This document shows, one piece after another, positions 1-8,600 of a stretch of DNA of 53,993 nt. The stretch's first letter is position 1; every line of letters begins with the position of its first letter. The notes below the pieces were generated by a model. The model did not search any database and had not been told where the DNA came from. It was given only the letters and a program-made list of their open reading frames with translations. The position numbers and the translations under genes were made by a program. Origin of the DNA: Candidatus Azambacteria bacterium (GTDB taxonomy: Bacteria > Patescibacteriota > Minisyncoccia > GWC2-36-17 > WO2-46-25). The stretch is from contig JACQDT010000013.1 of the NCBI GenBank assembly GCA_016200965.1, positions 1 to 53,993 on the forward strand, written 5' to 3'.

Positions 1-65
1 TTCATCATCACAAGTAGAGAACTTGTGTCTATCGTATATTTTGGTTGTGAGAATAAATTACGCAT
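1..65 (-). CDS. PIN-domain protein (DUF4411-like), N-terminus only; runs off the window
   Basis: Own translation MRNLFSQPKYTIDTSSLLVMM; YTIDTSSLL matches the first PIN motif. Start overlaps the stop of the upstream ImmA/IrrE gene, a common pairing. Confidence 0.65.
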   Translation of the reverse strand, partial: MRNLFSQPKYTIDTSSLLVMM

Positions 66-1278
66 GTGAACGAGGCTTTACCGATAGCCTTTCAACTTCC
101 GGGAACGACCTAAGACTGACCCCCAAATAATCGGCAGCACTATCAATGGTTATTTTGCCTTCGCCTCGTGCATGGAGAACTAACTCGACAAACTTCCTAC
201 CATTATTACTGATTACCCTACGACCCGGAGTTATGATTGGAATAAATTGTTTTTCTCCTCTCTCTTCCTTCCGTTTTTTCTCCTTTTGATATTCATCCCT
301 CCATTCCTGAATTTTTGTATTATAAAAGCTATCGTCAATTAGTTTGAGAGTAAGACACTTCCGCAGAAGCACTTCACCGCTCACTTTGAATGCAGTTTTG
401 AGAGTGTTAAGGTAATCCTCAAGATTCGCCATATCAAATTCTTTTCGCGTAATTTCTAACACCCCCCAAAAGTATTCATCTGGAACTAAGAAAGAACCCG
501 CAAAGCTATTGCAGAATTTTTCGATCTTCTGGTGTGAGTAGTTAAAATCATTACAGATAGCACTTTCCCGTAAGAGAATATGTGCGAATTCGTGTAGAAG
601 CGAAAAAGTCTTTGGTGGGTAACCAAAATAACCTCCATCCTTATTGTTTATGAGAATAAGATAAGGCACTTGATCGACAAGCGAAAACGCCCTCGCATCT
701 TCTAGTGGGAAAGACGACTTTATAGTGAACACGTTTACACCTTCCAGCTTGACTCGAATTGTATCAAACAATCCTCTCGCATCTCGAACTCTCCTTTGTG
801 CATCAAGAGAAAAATCTAAAATCTCTCTGAATTTCATTCCCATCTGGGCAGGATTATCTGAAAGCGTGAATTTCTTGAATGGGAATTTGAGACTAATATC
901 TAACTCACTTGATAGGTCACGGAAGACTTCTTGTACATAACGAGCGCGACGTATTGCCAATACAGCGGCCGGAGAAATAATCTCATGAATATCAGAATCT
1001 ATCGTGCGTCTATCGTGAGGCAATACTGGTTCAATCGGTGGCTTATTCAGAAAAAATACCGCAAGTGGACGCTTATAGAAATTCGAAAGCTCTTGAAGTA
1101 AAGTAAAAGGAATTTCCTCACCACTCCTATTTTCAATTTTTGCTAGAAGTGAGCCATTGAATTTGAATTTCTGCTTTGACTTCTGATTGAAATGCATCAA
1201 AACAGCTTCTTCCGGCAAATGAAGAGACTCTCTAGCCCATTTCAATACCTCTGGTGAAATTTTTACTTTGTTAACCAT
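58..1278 (-). CDS. XRE-HTH / ImmA-IrrE family zinc metallopeptidase
   Basis: N-terminal LKWARES...LSNFYKRPLAVFF HTH region, HEXXH motif (LLHEFAHIL) and E-x-FCNSFA motif. Confidence 0.9.
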   Translation of the reverse strand: MVNKVKISPEVLKWARESLHLPEEAVLMHFNQKSKQKFKFNGSLLAKIENRSGEEIPFTLLQELSNFYKRPLAVFFLNKPPIEPVLPHDRRTIDSDIHEIISPAAVLAIRRARYVQEVFRDLSSELDISLKFPFKKFTLSDNPAQMGMKFREILDFSLDAQRRVRDARGLFDTIRVKLEGVNVFTIKSSFPLEDARAFSLVDQVPYLILINNKDGGYFGYPPKTFSLLHEFAHILLRESAICNDFNYSHQKIEKFCNSFAGSFLVPDEYFWGVLEITRKEFDMANLEDYLNTLKTAFKVSGEVLLRKCLTLKLIDDSFYNTKIQEWRDEYQKEKKRKEERGEKQFIPIITPGRRVISNNGRKFVELVLHARGEGKITIDSAADYLGVSLRSFPEVERLSVKPRSHA

Positions 1279-1402
1279 GGTTAGGGAAATCGGGACAGGG
1301 ACAATACCTTTCGCCGAAATCCCAAATTACCTCCATTCTAAAACTAAAACAAACTCCCTACAAGATGGGGCTCGTTTTGCATTGCGCTGGTGATTATTGT
1401 CT

Positions 1403-1873
1403 CTATCCTGATTTTCGATTTTTCTCATCTTCCTGATACGCTTCCAGCATGACCGGAACGATGGATGACTGGGGTGCTGGAAATTCGTTGGGTAAAAACC
1501 ATTGCGTCTCGGCGATTTCCGCTTTGGCAATCCGGAAGTCTGTGCTCAACGGCCACGCCGCGAAACAGTATACCGTGTCGCGCTTATACTCCTTCGTCGT
1601 GTAGTGCTTGCATAGCAATCGAATGTCCGCAAGCTCAACGCCAAGTTCCTCTTTTATTTCCCTCCGTGCCGCATCCTCCGGCGACTCCCCTTTTTCTATC
1701 CTCCCGCCGGGAAATGTCCACTTCCTTTTTCCGTATGCGTGCCGCACGCCGAGAATCTTGCCGCTAGCTTCAAGTACACACTTCACCCCTGCGGTTTTCG
1801 GACGAAAAAGAAACCAATATAGTTTTCTGAACGGATGAGCAACGAGATAGCTGTATCGTTCCAGCACGCTCAT
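1403..1873 (-). CDS. NUDIX hydrolase
   Basis: Nudix box GGRIEKGESPEDAARREIKEELG. Confidence 0.92.
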   Translation of the reverse strand: MSVLERYSYLVAHPFRKLYWFLFRPKTAGVKCVLEASGKILGVRHAYGKRKWTFPGGRIEKGESPEDAARREIKEELGVELADIRLLCKHYTTKEYKRDTVYCFAAWPLSTDFRIAKAEIAETQWFLPNEFPAPQSSIVPVMLEAYQEDEKNRKSG

Positions 1874-2169
1874 TTCTTAATCTTTACTATCTTTTTTATG
1901 ACTGAATCGACAAAAAGCCGGAATGCGGGCCTGTTTTCTTTTTCGTAGAGCATCTTAATTCCCACCAGATGACCTTTCGGACACGTTAGGTCTTTTCTGG
2001 TGAGGGAGATTTTCGGCTCGATAATTCGATCTCTATACATTCTGCGCAAATTCCCCGAACCGTCTTTCTGATAGAAACAAATCGGAGCATTGCACTTTTG
2101 GCAGGAAATACTCAACAGCCGGGAATATCCTCCCCGCGCTTTTTTGTATTTATCATGTTTGAGTTTCAT
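1870..2169 (-). CDS. Hypothetical basic zinc-ribbon-like protein
   Basis: CQKC...CPKGH motifs; ATG at 2169 preferred; stop overlaps the NUDIX start (ATGA). Confidence 0.7.
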   Translation of the reverse strand: MKLKHDKYKKARGGYSRLLSISCQKCNAPICFYQKDGSGNLRRMYRDRIIEPKISLTRKDLTCPKGHLVGIKMLYEKENRPAFRLFVDSVIKKIVKIKK

Positions 2170-2316
2170 TGGCTTATGTACCCGCCGCCTGCTGGCGCTG
2201 GGCACTGCGCTCCCCTTCGAGAAATGGGAATGGAAATGTGGAAATGGGGTCAGCCACCATTCTTTAAAATGTAGCCCCTCGTTAAAATGTTCGTCGAAAG
2301 CGTGCTCGTTTCGACG

Positions 2317-2633
2317 CGATTTTTACGCTTGAAAATCGGCTGTGTCTCCTGAACAAAATCCGAACTTTTTACCAAACGAACCCTGACTAAGGAAGCCAGC
2401 CCGCCGCCGCTCGCTACCACTCGCCACCCAGCAAAAAAGTTTTCTCTGCATTTCTGATTTTGCGCGCGCCCGATTTCTTCTAAAAGGAAAACAAAACTTT
2501 TCTTTGGTGTTCTGCTCTGAACGAGCAGGGCGGCGGGCTTGGCCTCTATTTTTTGCAAGAACACGGCGGAATCCCCCCCACACCCTTCCGCCGTGTTCTT
2601 GCGGGGACGGACGGGATTTTTGGCGGCGGCTAA
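2317..2633 (+). repeat. Left copy of a ~320-bp inverted repeat bounding an AT-rich island
   Basis: Reverse complement aligns with 7268-7598, near-identical at both ends and diverged in the middle. Contains the 17-bp hairpin GCAAGAACACGGCGGAA/TTCCGCCGTGTTCTTGC. Confidence 0.9.
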
Positions 2634-3355
2634 CTAATTCTCACTATCTCTGCCAACAAAACATCAAGGTCGTTTGAGAAATTCACCTGTGTTTTGTTTG
2701 GCAGAGATTCCTTACTCCTAATTCTTGTATGTAAATAAGAGTCGGCGATTTTTCGAGACGAATTTTCCAAATGAAGCACAGAGTCTTTAAAACTCTTCGT
2801 GCCATGATTATTCGCTACTTCTGCAAATGTATTCAGGTTAAAAACTGGTGGGACATGATCAAGAATTGCACGTACCAACAAAATGACAGAAATATAGTTT
2901 CCAATCGAGAAAGCATGGTCGAGCTCGGTCAGCATTTGAAGGAGTCTCGAAAAATCAAGTTTGCCACTTTTCTTTTTGAGGGCTTGGAAACGCTTTTTAT
3001 CTATGTAACCACCGTCTACCGCAATCAATTTCAGCTGACCTTCTTTAAAACATTGGCTAAGTTGCAATTCTTTTTCAACCTCAGCAATTTTGTCACTTTT
3101 CAGACGCCATTCATCTGTTGTGATTTTCGCTGTACGCCGATCTTTTATTATCGCTGTCCGTAATTTTGTAATATTCGGACTACCAAGTCCGGCAGTCTTA
3201 AAATCGGAAATAAGCTGCTTTAATGTTCCACCACTATCCTTTTTTACAGCGTAAAAATATAAAAATGCAACAGCCCTGTCCGATATTTTTCTAACTCGCT
3301 GGCTCATACAACGAGCGAACGATTCAATGGTGGAATTACTTTTTTTCATCTGCAT
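2630..3355 (-). CDS. Hypothetical protein: N-terminal wHTH-like region plus C-terminal HEPN/DUF4145-like helical domain
   Basis: ELDHAFSIGNYISVILLVRAILD...RKIADSYLH resembles the HEPN/DUF4145 architecture. Confidence 0.55.
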   Translation of the reverse strand: MQMKKSNSTIESFARCMSQRVRKISDRAVAFLYFYAVKKDSGGTLKQLISDFKTAGLGSPNITKLRTAIIKDRRTAKITTDEWRLKSDKIAEVEKELQLSQCFKEGQLKLIAVDGGYIDKKRFQALKKKSGKLDFSRLLQMLTELDHAFSIGNYISVILLVRAILDHVPPVFNLNTFAEVANNHGTKSFKDSVLHLENSSRKIADSYLHTRIRSKESLPNKTQVNFSNDLDVLLAEIVRIS

Positions 3356-3827
3356 TCAAGAGTGATTCAAAATACTTTGCTCCTTTCCGATTTAACTTAT
3401 AGATTACGGCCTTACCCCTCATTCGGGTTGAATCTCCTTCAAGATACTTCTGTAAAGAATCTGTGATTGCCTTAGATACATTCGGGGTTTTTATCCCCAC
3501 CCGTAATTCAGAGGTTATCTTTGACACGTCACCAGTCGTGAGACCTTGTTGCGGAAAGTATTTGTAACAAATGTAAAATGGCAAGAGGACTCGACCTGGG
3601 ATCGAGATTTTATCAAGAATCTCTTTTTCGATTTTCTCATTCTCCCCACAATTCTTAATCTTGTTTACGGTTGACAGCACATAATTATCTGAGTCAGTGT
3701 CCTTTTTAACCGTCTTCTTTGTGCCAGACAATTTCGGTTTTGATGAATGACTAGATAAGGCGGCAAGACACTCATCCGCCAATACCTTTATTTCATTCAG
3801 TTTTGAAATCAATTTGTCGTTGCTCAT
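3336..3827 (-). CDS. Hypothetical winged-helix protein
   Basis: GLTTGDVSKIT...PNVSKAI...YKLNRKG wHTH-like pattern; overlaps both neighbours. Confidence 0.55.
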   Translation of the reverse strand: MSNDKLISKLNEIKVLADECLAALSSHSSKPKLSGTKKTVKKDTDSDNYVLSTVNKIKNCGENEKIEKEILDKISIPGRVLLPFYICYKYFPQQGLTTGDVSKITSELRVGIKTPNVSKAITDSLQKYLEGDSTRMRGKAVIYKLNRKGAKYFESLLNADEKK

Positions 3828-4357
3828 ATTTGTTCAGAAGTCCTAGATTTTTTACGACGACTTCCACCTTTATATTTGCTTTTCTTCACTAAGTCATCGG
3901 GGAAGCCACCTTGCAATACTTTCATACCAGTGTTGGTGATGTAAAAACTTCCTTTTTTAGCGGGATCCGGAGCAATCCAGCCACTACTTACAACCCACTT
4001 AAAATCACGGGTAAGATTGGCGGGCAATAATTCTCCAGCATCTCGGAAAAGACTTTTAATTTCACCTTGCTGGAACAAATCCTTGTTGTGTGATTCTTTT
4101 AAAAAACCGGCAATGGTGAGAATTTTATCAGGATTACGCTTTGGAGCGTGCCGATTAAGATATTCTGCCGCGGATTCTCTTTGAGAACCCTGCCGGCGAT
4201 TAGGTAATCCAACCCCAGACTTTACGGTATCGAAGCCACCATCTTGAGAAGAAAGACACAATGCCATAACTTGGCCAGCCGTATTTTCATCTATCTCTTT
4301 CTCATAAGATAGACCCGCACCTTTAATGCTTATCTTTATTTTGTTGTGTTTATCCAT
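3824..4357 (-). CDS. Hypothetical winged-helix protein
   Basis: PANLTRDFKWVVSSGWI...FYITNTG wHTH-like pattern; first gene of a 3-gene operon. Confidence 0.55.
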   Translation of the reverse strand: MDKHNKIKISIKGAGLSYEKEIDENTAGQVMALCLSSQDGGFDTVKSGVGLPNRRQGSQRESAAEYLNRHAPKRNPDKILTIAGFLKESHNKDLFQQGEIKSLFRDAGELLPANLTRDFKWVVSSGWIAPDPAKKGSFYITNTGMKVLQGGFPDDLVKKSKYKGGSRRKKSRTSEQI

Positions 4358-4473
4358 ATGATTATATGTTAGTCTGTTTGTAATCGTTTGTCAACTTGTC
4401 TACATATTAGCAAATTGGTAATCAAAGTCAATGGCTAGTCGGCACCTAATTTTAGCCCCTGTGGATAACTACC

Positions 4474-4504
4474 ACTTTCACACTTTCGATTTACTTTCTA
4501 TAAT
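4474..4504 (+). promoter_or_regulatory. Promoter of the lexA fusion with overlapping ACTTTC direct repeats (candidate operator)
   Basis: TATAAT at 4499-4504, 6 nt before the ATG (leaderless). ACTTTC at 4474, 4482 and 4493. Confidence 0.5.
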
Positions 4505-4510
4505 ATCAGT

Positions 4511-5953
4511 ATGGTAACAAAAAGGCAAAAACAAGTCCTTGATTTTATAACCGATTATCAAGGGAGCAAAGGATATGCCCCTTCTCTTGACGAGATACGC
4601 AAGAAATTAAAACTCTCGTCAGTTTCAACGGCCCATTTTCACGTTTCTAAACTTCGCGACTTGGGACTTTTATCCAAAGAAGAAAACAAGCCGCGCTCTA
4701 TTGAAGCGTTTGGTCGCGAGACAATGGTAAAAATTCCTCTTTTGGGAACTATTGCTGCCGGTCAGCCGATAGAGGCAATACAAACCAAAGAAATGATCGC
4801 TGTTCCTAAAAGTAAAATCCCTTCTTCGTCCGAGGTGTACGCTCTCCGTGTGGTCGGAAGCAGTATGATTGATGAAAATATAAACGATGGCGATGTGGTT
4901 TTAGTGCGCCAACAAGAAACTGCCGAAAACGGACAAAAAGTGGTGGCCCTCATAGATAATCACGAGGCAACCTTAAAAAAATTCTATAGAGAAAGGGGGC
5001 ATATCCGCCTACAACCGGCAAACAAAAATATGGAACCGCTTATTTTCAGAAATGGACGGGATGTTTCAATACAAGGAATTGTACTCGATGTTATTCGCGA
5101 AGAAGTAAGATCGCCGATACAATTTCCCGAATATAAAGAAATTCAAAAATATAGCGAGTTGCCGTTAAATAAAATTCTTTGCGGCGATGCGGTTGAGGTT
5201 TTGAAGAAAATCCCGTCAAATTCTATAGATTTAGTTGTAACATCTCCGCCCTACGATGACATCAGAACTTACAACGGCTTTTCGCTCAATTTGCCTGCTA
5301 TCGGAAAGGAGCTTAGCCGTATTCTAAAAGACGGGGGCATCGCTGCCATGGTTATTCAAGACTCAACTCGTAATTTCGGGAAAACTCTAACATCGTTCAA
5401 AACAATTATAGATTGGTGTGATAATGCTGGCTTTAAACTTTTTGAAACAGTAATTTACAGAAAATATGGAACGGAGGGGGCGTGGTGGACAAAACGCTTC
5501 CGTGTTGACCACGAATATATGCCAATTTTTCTAAAAGGAGAGCGTCCCGCTTATTTCAATAAAGAACCGCTAAAAGTACCTTCAAAACATGGAGGAAAAA
5601 CAATGACCGGAAGTGGTAATCGCCGAACGGACGGAACGACAACCAAAACTATCACCAGAGAAATAAACGGAATGAAATGCCGCGGCACCGTATGGGATTA
5701 TCTAAATGCAGGAGACAAAAACCCACTTAAACGAAAACACCCAGCAACATTCCCCGATAAAATCCCAACCGATTTCATTCAATGTTTCTGTCCGCCTAAG
5801 GGGGTTGTTCTTGACCCGTTTATTGGATGTGGATCAACTGCAGTCGCCGCCAAACAACTTGGCCGAAATTATATCGGCATTGATATTTCAAAAGAATATT
5901 GCAAGCTGGCAGAAGAACGTATTAAAACCGTACCGAGTTCGCTTTTTAGCTAA
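4511..5953 (+). CDS. lexA: LexA repressor fused to a beta-class N4-C/N6-A DNA methyltransferase
   Basis: LexA HTH (YAPSLDEI), Ala-Gly cleavage site IAAGQP, catalytic Ser (GSSM) and Lys (TLKK); then MTase motifs TSPPY, HPATFP and DPFIGCGST. Confidence 0.92.
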   Translation: MVTKRQKQVLDFITDYQGSKGYAPSLDEIRKKLKLSSVSTAHFHVSKLRDLGLLSKEENKPRSIEAFGRETMVKIPLLGTIAAGQPIEAIQTKEMIAVPKSKIPSSSEVYALRVVGSSMIDENINDGDVVLVRQQETAENGQKVVALIDNHEATLKKFYRERGHIRLQPANKNMEPLIFRNGRDVSIQGIVLDVIREEVRSPIQFPEYKEIQKYSELPLNKILCGDAVEVLKKIPSNSIDLVVTSPPYDDIRTYNGFSLNLPAIGKELSRILKDGGIAAMVIQDSTRNFGKTLTSFKTIIDWCDNAGFKLFETVIYRKYGTEGAWWTKRFRVDHEYMPIFLKGERPAYFNKEPLKVPSKHGGKTMTGSGNRRTDGTTTKTITREINGMKCRGTVWDYLNAGDKNPLKRKHPATFPDKIPTDFIQCFCPPKGVVLDPFIGCGSTAVAAKQLGRNYIGIDISKEYCKLAEERIKTVPSSLFS

Positions 5954-6978
5954 AGCATTTTATCGGGTCCCTCAAGAGTATATTCGATGTTTTGAGTACT
6001 TGTCATAGCAAACGAAAGCGGATTTTTTGCGATAAACTCGTCAAAGGTTCTATTGCTCAAACGAATTTTTGCCCCGACAAAATCTCCTTTTGTAAATTGA
6101 GATAATTGCCACCTATTCCACGACCAACTCTTTTCTTCATATTTCCATCCAGTCAATCTTGATAACAGTCTCAAAAATCTTTCGGCTCGCTTTTTTGCAT
6201 CTTCATTTAAGAGGTAAAAATTCTCTTCCTCGATGACAAGGTTGTGCGGCGTGCCTTCTCCTCCTCTGAGAGTAATAGTAACCCTGTCGCCGCGTTCGCG
6301 AGGGATACTAATCGCATCTCGTTCACGCAAAAAATCGTTCATAGTCAGCATCAGCTCGTGCAAGGAGTAATGCTTGTTGAGAAAAACTTCATTGAGTGGA
6401 GTACCTTCTTCATCAGCTCGCAAATATTTCAGCCAACTCAATGAGTTTTCAGTATAGCCGAGCAAATTCATCCATGTGCCATCGGTGAACAGAAGTGGAG
6501 CTATTGCGCTCTTTGGAATATCAATTTTTTGTTTGGTTCCGAGTACGCCAATTAAAAAATGAATTGTGCCGAATGGGTATTTTAAGCGAAAGTCATGGTA
6601 TCCATCGTGTCCGCGAATATTATTGATGGAAACGCAATCATCGAAATTTTTCCAGTTCGTGGGAAGCCGGTCTTTATTAAACATGACCATATGCTGTCCA
6701 ACACTCCGAACCCCTTTTCTAAAAACTTCCATATCTAGGAAAATACAATCTTTGGGATTAAATCCTTTTTCTAAAACCATAATTTTCCCGTCGTAAAAAC
6801 CGCGTATTTTCCAATTTAGATAGTGAGATACAAACAATCCACAAAGAAGCCCATCACTATCGGGACTTAATACGCAGTTTTGATCTTTTTGCACTAGCCA
6901 AAGATATTTCTTAATTACGGCAGGGTAATCTATAACATCATCTCTACCGGCTAGCATTTCTTGTATTCGTGAAGTCAT
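5950..6978 (-). CDS. DHH-superfamily-like phosphoesterase/nuclease (putative)
   Basis: SPDSDG (DxDG), IFLDM, GQH and LLFTDG motifs occur in DHH order; convergent with the MTase. Confidence 0.5.
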   Translation of the reverse strand: MTSRIQEMLAGRDDVIDYPAVIKKYLWLVQKDQNCVLSPDSDGLLCGLFVSHYLNWKIRGFYDGKIMVLEKGFNPKDCIFLDMEVFRKGVRSVGQHMVMFNKDRLPTNWKNFDDCVSINNIRGHDGYHDFRLKYPFGTIHFLIGVLGTKQKIDIPKSAIAPLLFTDGTWMNLLGYTENSLSWLKYLRADEEGTPLNEVFLNKHYSLHELMLTMNDFLRERDAISIPRERGDRVTITLRGGEGTPHNLVIEEENFYLLNEDAKKRAERFLRLLSRLTGWKYEEKSWSWNRWQLSQFTKGDFVGAKIRLSNRTFDEFIAKNPLSFAMTSTQNIEYTLEGPDKML

Positions 6979-6979
6979 A

Positions 6980-7201
6980 TTATTTCAAAAAGTAATCAGC
7001 TGACTTATTATAAATCGTTGCGAATTTCTTCATTTCAGCAACGTCAAGCCGTCTTTCGCCGGACTCGATTTTTGAGATATAGGATTGCGGTTTTCCAAGT
7101 TTATCGGCCACCGCTTGTTGGGATAAATTGGCCTCAATACGGGCTTTTTTCAAGCGTTCTATAATCTCTTTATAGTCTTTTGAGTAAATTGATCTGCTCA
7201 T
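6980..7201 (-). CDS. XRE-family HTH regulator (R-M controller-like)
   Basis: LKKARIEANLSQQAVADKLGKPQSYISKIESGERRLD. Confidence 0.9.
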   Translation of the reverse strand: MSRSIYSKDYKEIIERLKKARIEANLSQQAVADKLGKPQSYISKIESGERRLDVAEMKKFATIYNKSADYFLK

Positions 7202-7218
7202 AATGTATTTCTATGATA

Positions 7219-7251
7219 TATCCTATTGTGGTATAATCCCAAAATGGGATA
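7219..7251. promoter_or_regulatory. Tandem palindromic operator upstream of the XRE gene (C-box-like)
   Basis: ATCCC-N5-GGGAT at 7236-7250, with a degenerate ATCCT-N5-GGTAT immediately adjacent. Confidence 0.45.
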
Positions 7252-7267
7252 TACTATATTTATGAAT

Positions 7268-7598
7268 TTAGCCGCCGCCAAAAATCCCGTCCGTCCCCGT
7301 AAGAACACGGCGGAAGGGGGGTGTGTGGGGGGGGGGGAAATTCCGCCGTGTTCTTGCAAAAAATAGAGGCCAGCCCCGCCGCCTTGCAAGTCATTGCAAA
7401 GCACCACAGAAAAATACTCTTTTCATTAGGAGAAAAAGAAATCCGGCGCGCGCAAAATGAAAAGAGCAAAGAGTATTTTTCTGTGGTGCGGCGAGTGTTA
7501 GCGAGCGGCGGCGGGCTGGCTTCCTTAGTCGGGATTCGTTTGGTAAAAAGTTCGGATTTTGTTCAGGAGGGACAGCCGATTTTTAAGCGTAAAAATCG
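7268..7598 (-). repeat. Right copy of the ~320-bp inverted repeat, abutting the tRNA-Gln 3' end
   Basis: Inverted match to 2317-2633. Confidence 0.9.
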
Positions 7599-7599
7599 G

Positions 7600-7670
7600 C
7601 TGCGGGACTTGGATTCGAACCAAGGTGACAGCTTTCAGAGAGCTGCATCCTACCGCTAGATGATCCCGCA
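7600..7670 (-). tRNA. tRNA-Gln(CTG)
   Basis: Acceptor stem TGCGGGA/TCCCGCA, anticodon arm CAGCT-CTCTGAA-AGCTG, GGTTCGAATCC T arm; no encoded CCA. Confidence 0.95.
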
Positions 7671-7689
7671 AAATGTGGCTATATATACC

Positions 7690-8592
7690 CTACACCCTCA
7701 AATATTTCCTGATGGCGAACATGCTGCCGAACACGCCGATGACCGTACCGGCCACAAGAAGAATAAGCCACAATAGTACAAAATTTGAGACGAAGTAGTC
7801 AAGCAGGTTCACGCCCGGGAAAAAGCGCGCGAGCGAAGGAGAAAGCGCGAACACGAGAGGGTAAAAAAGTACCATGGTGACAAGCGACGATACGATGCCA
7901 TACGCGAACCCTTCCACCAAAAACGGCCCGCGCACGAACCAGTTGGTGCCGCCCACGAGCTTCATGATGTTCACTTCGTCGCGGAGCGTGTAGATCGCCA
8001 TGCGGATGGTGTTGAAGCAGATGAGCACGGCGACCGCCGACAGCATGATGCTTACCCCGAACCCCACCACGCGAATGCCCGTGATGACCGCCGACAAGCG
8101 GTCTATCACATCTCTGTTTTCCTGGACCTTGCTTTCAAGCGGTACGAAACGCGGATCTTTGATGAAATCCACGATGGGCTGGAAATCCTCCGGATTGCGC
8201 GCGCCGATATTCAAACTCGCTTCAAAGATCTTCCCGTCCAGCTCGTCAAGCGACGCGAGGATGGTCTGGTCTTCTTTATAACGGTCTTTGAAGCGCGCAA
8301 GCGCGTCGTCGGACGACACGTACTCCACGCGCTTCACCTCCGGCCGCGCGAGCACGTCATTCTTCATTTTCAGAATTTCCTCCTCGGGCGTGTCCAGCCG
8401 GAAATACACCGACACGTCCAGCTTGCTTTTAAGATTGTCCAGCAAGGCGCCCATAAGGACGGACACCAACAGCACGCCCAAGATCATGGCGAGCGCGAGC
8501 GCCATGACGGAAATGGTCGCCGTGGAAAGCCAGCCATTGCGCCAGAAATGCCTCATCCCCGTTTTGAACACCCTTCCCAATGCGTTTACCAT
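7690..8592 (-). CDS. ftsX: Cell division permease FtsX
   Basis: NTIRMAIY...EVNIMKLVGGTNWFVRGPF motif; follows ftsE; ATG at 8592 preferred. Confidence 0.93.
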   Translation of the reverse strand: MVNALGRVFKTGMRHFWRNGWLSTATISVMALALAMILGVLLVSVLMGALLDNLKSKLDVSVYFRLDTPEEEILKMKNDVLARPEVKRVEYVSSDDALARFKDRYKEDQTILASLDELDGKIFEASLNIGARNPEDFQPIVDFIKDPRFVPLESKVQENRDVIDRLSAVITGIRVVGFGVSIMLSAVAVLICFNTIRMAIYTLRDEVNIMKLVGGTNWFVRGPFLVEGFAYGIVSSLVTMVLFYPLVFALSPSLARFFPGVNLLDYFVSNFVLLWLILLVAGTVIGVFGSMFAIRKYLRV

Positions 8593-8600
8593 GGAAAAAA

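Noticed and set aside
2250-2583. ORFs 2250-2564 and 2323-2583, and their counterparts at 7198-7659
   Set aside because: They lie inside the inverted repeat and their frames are not consistently preserved between copies; treated as shadow ORFs.
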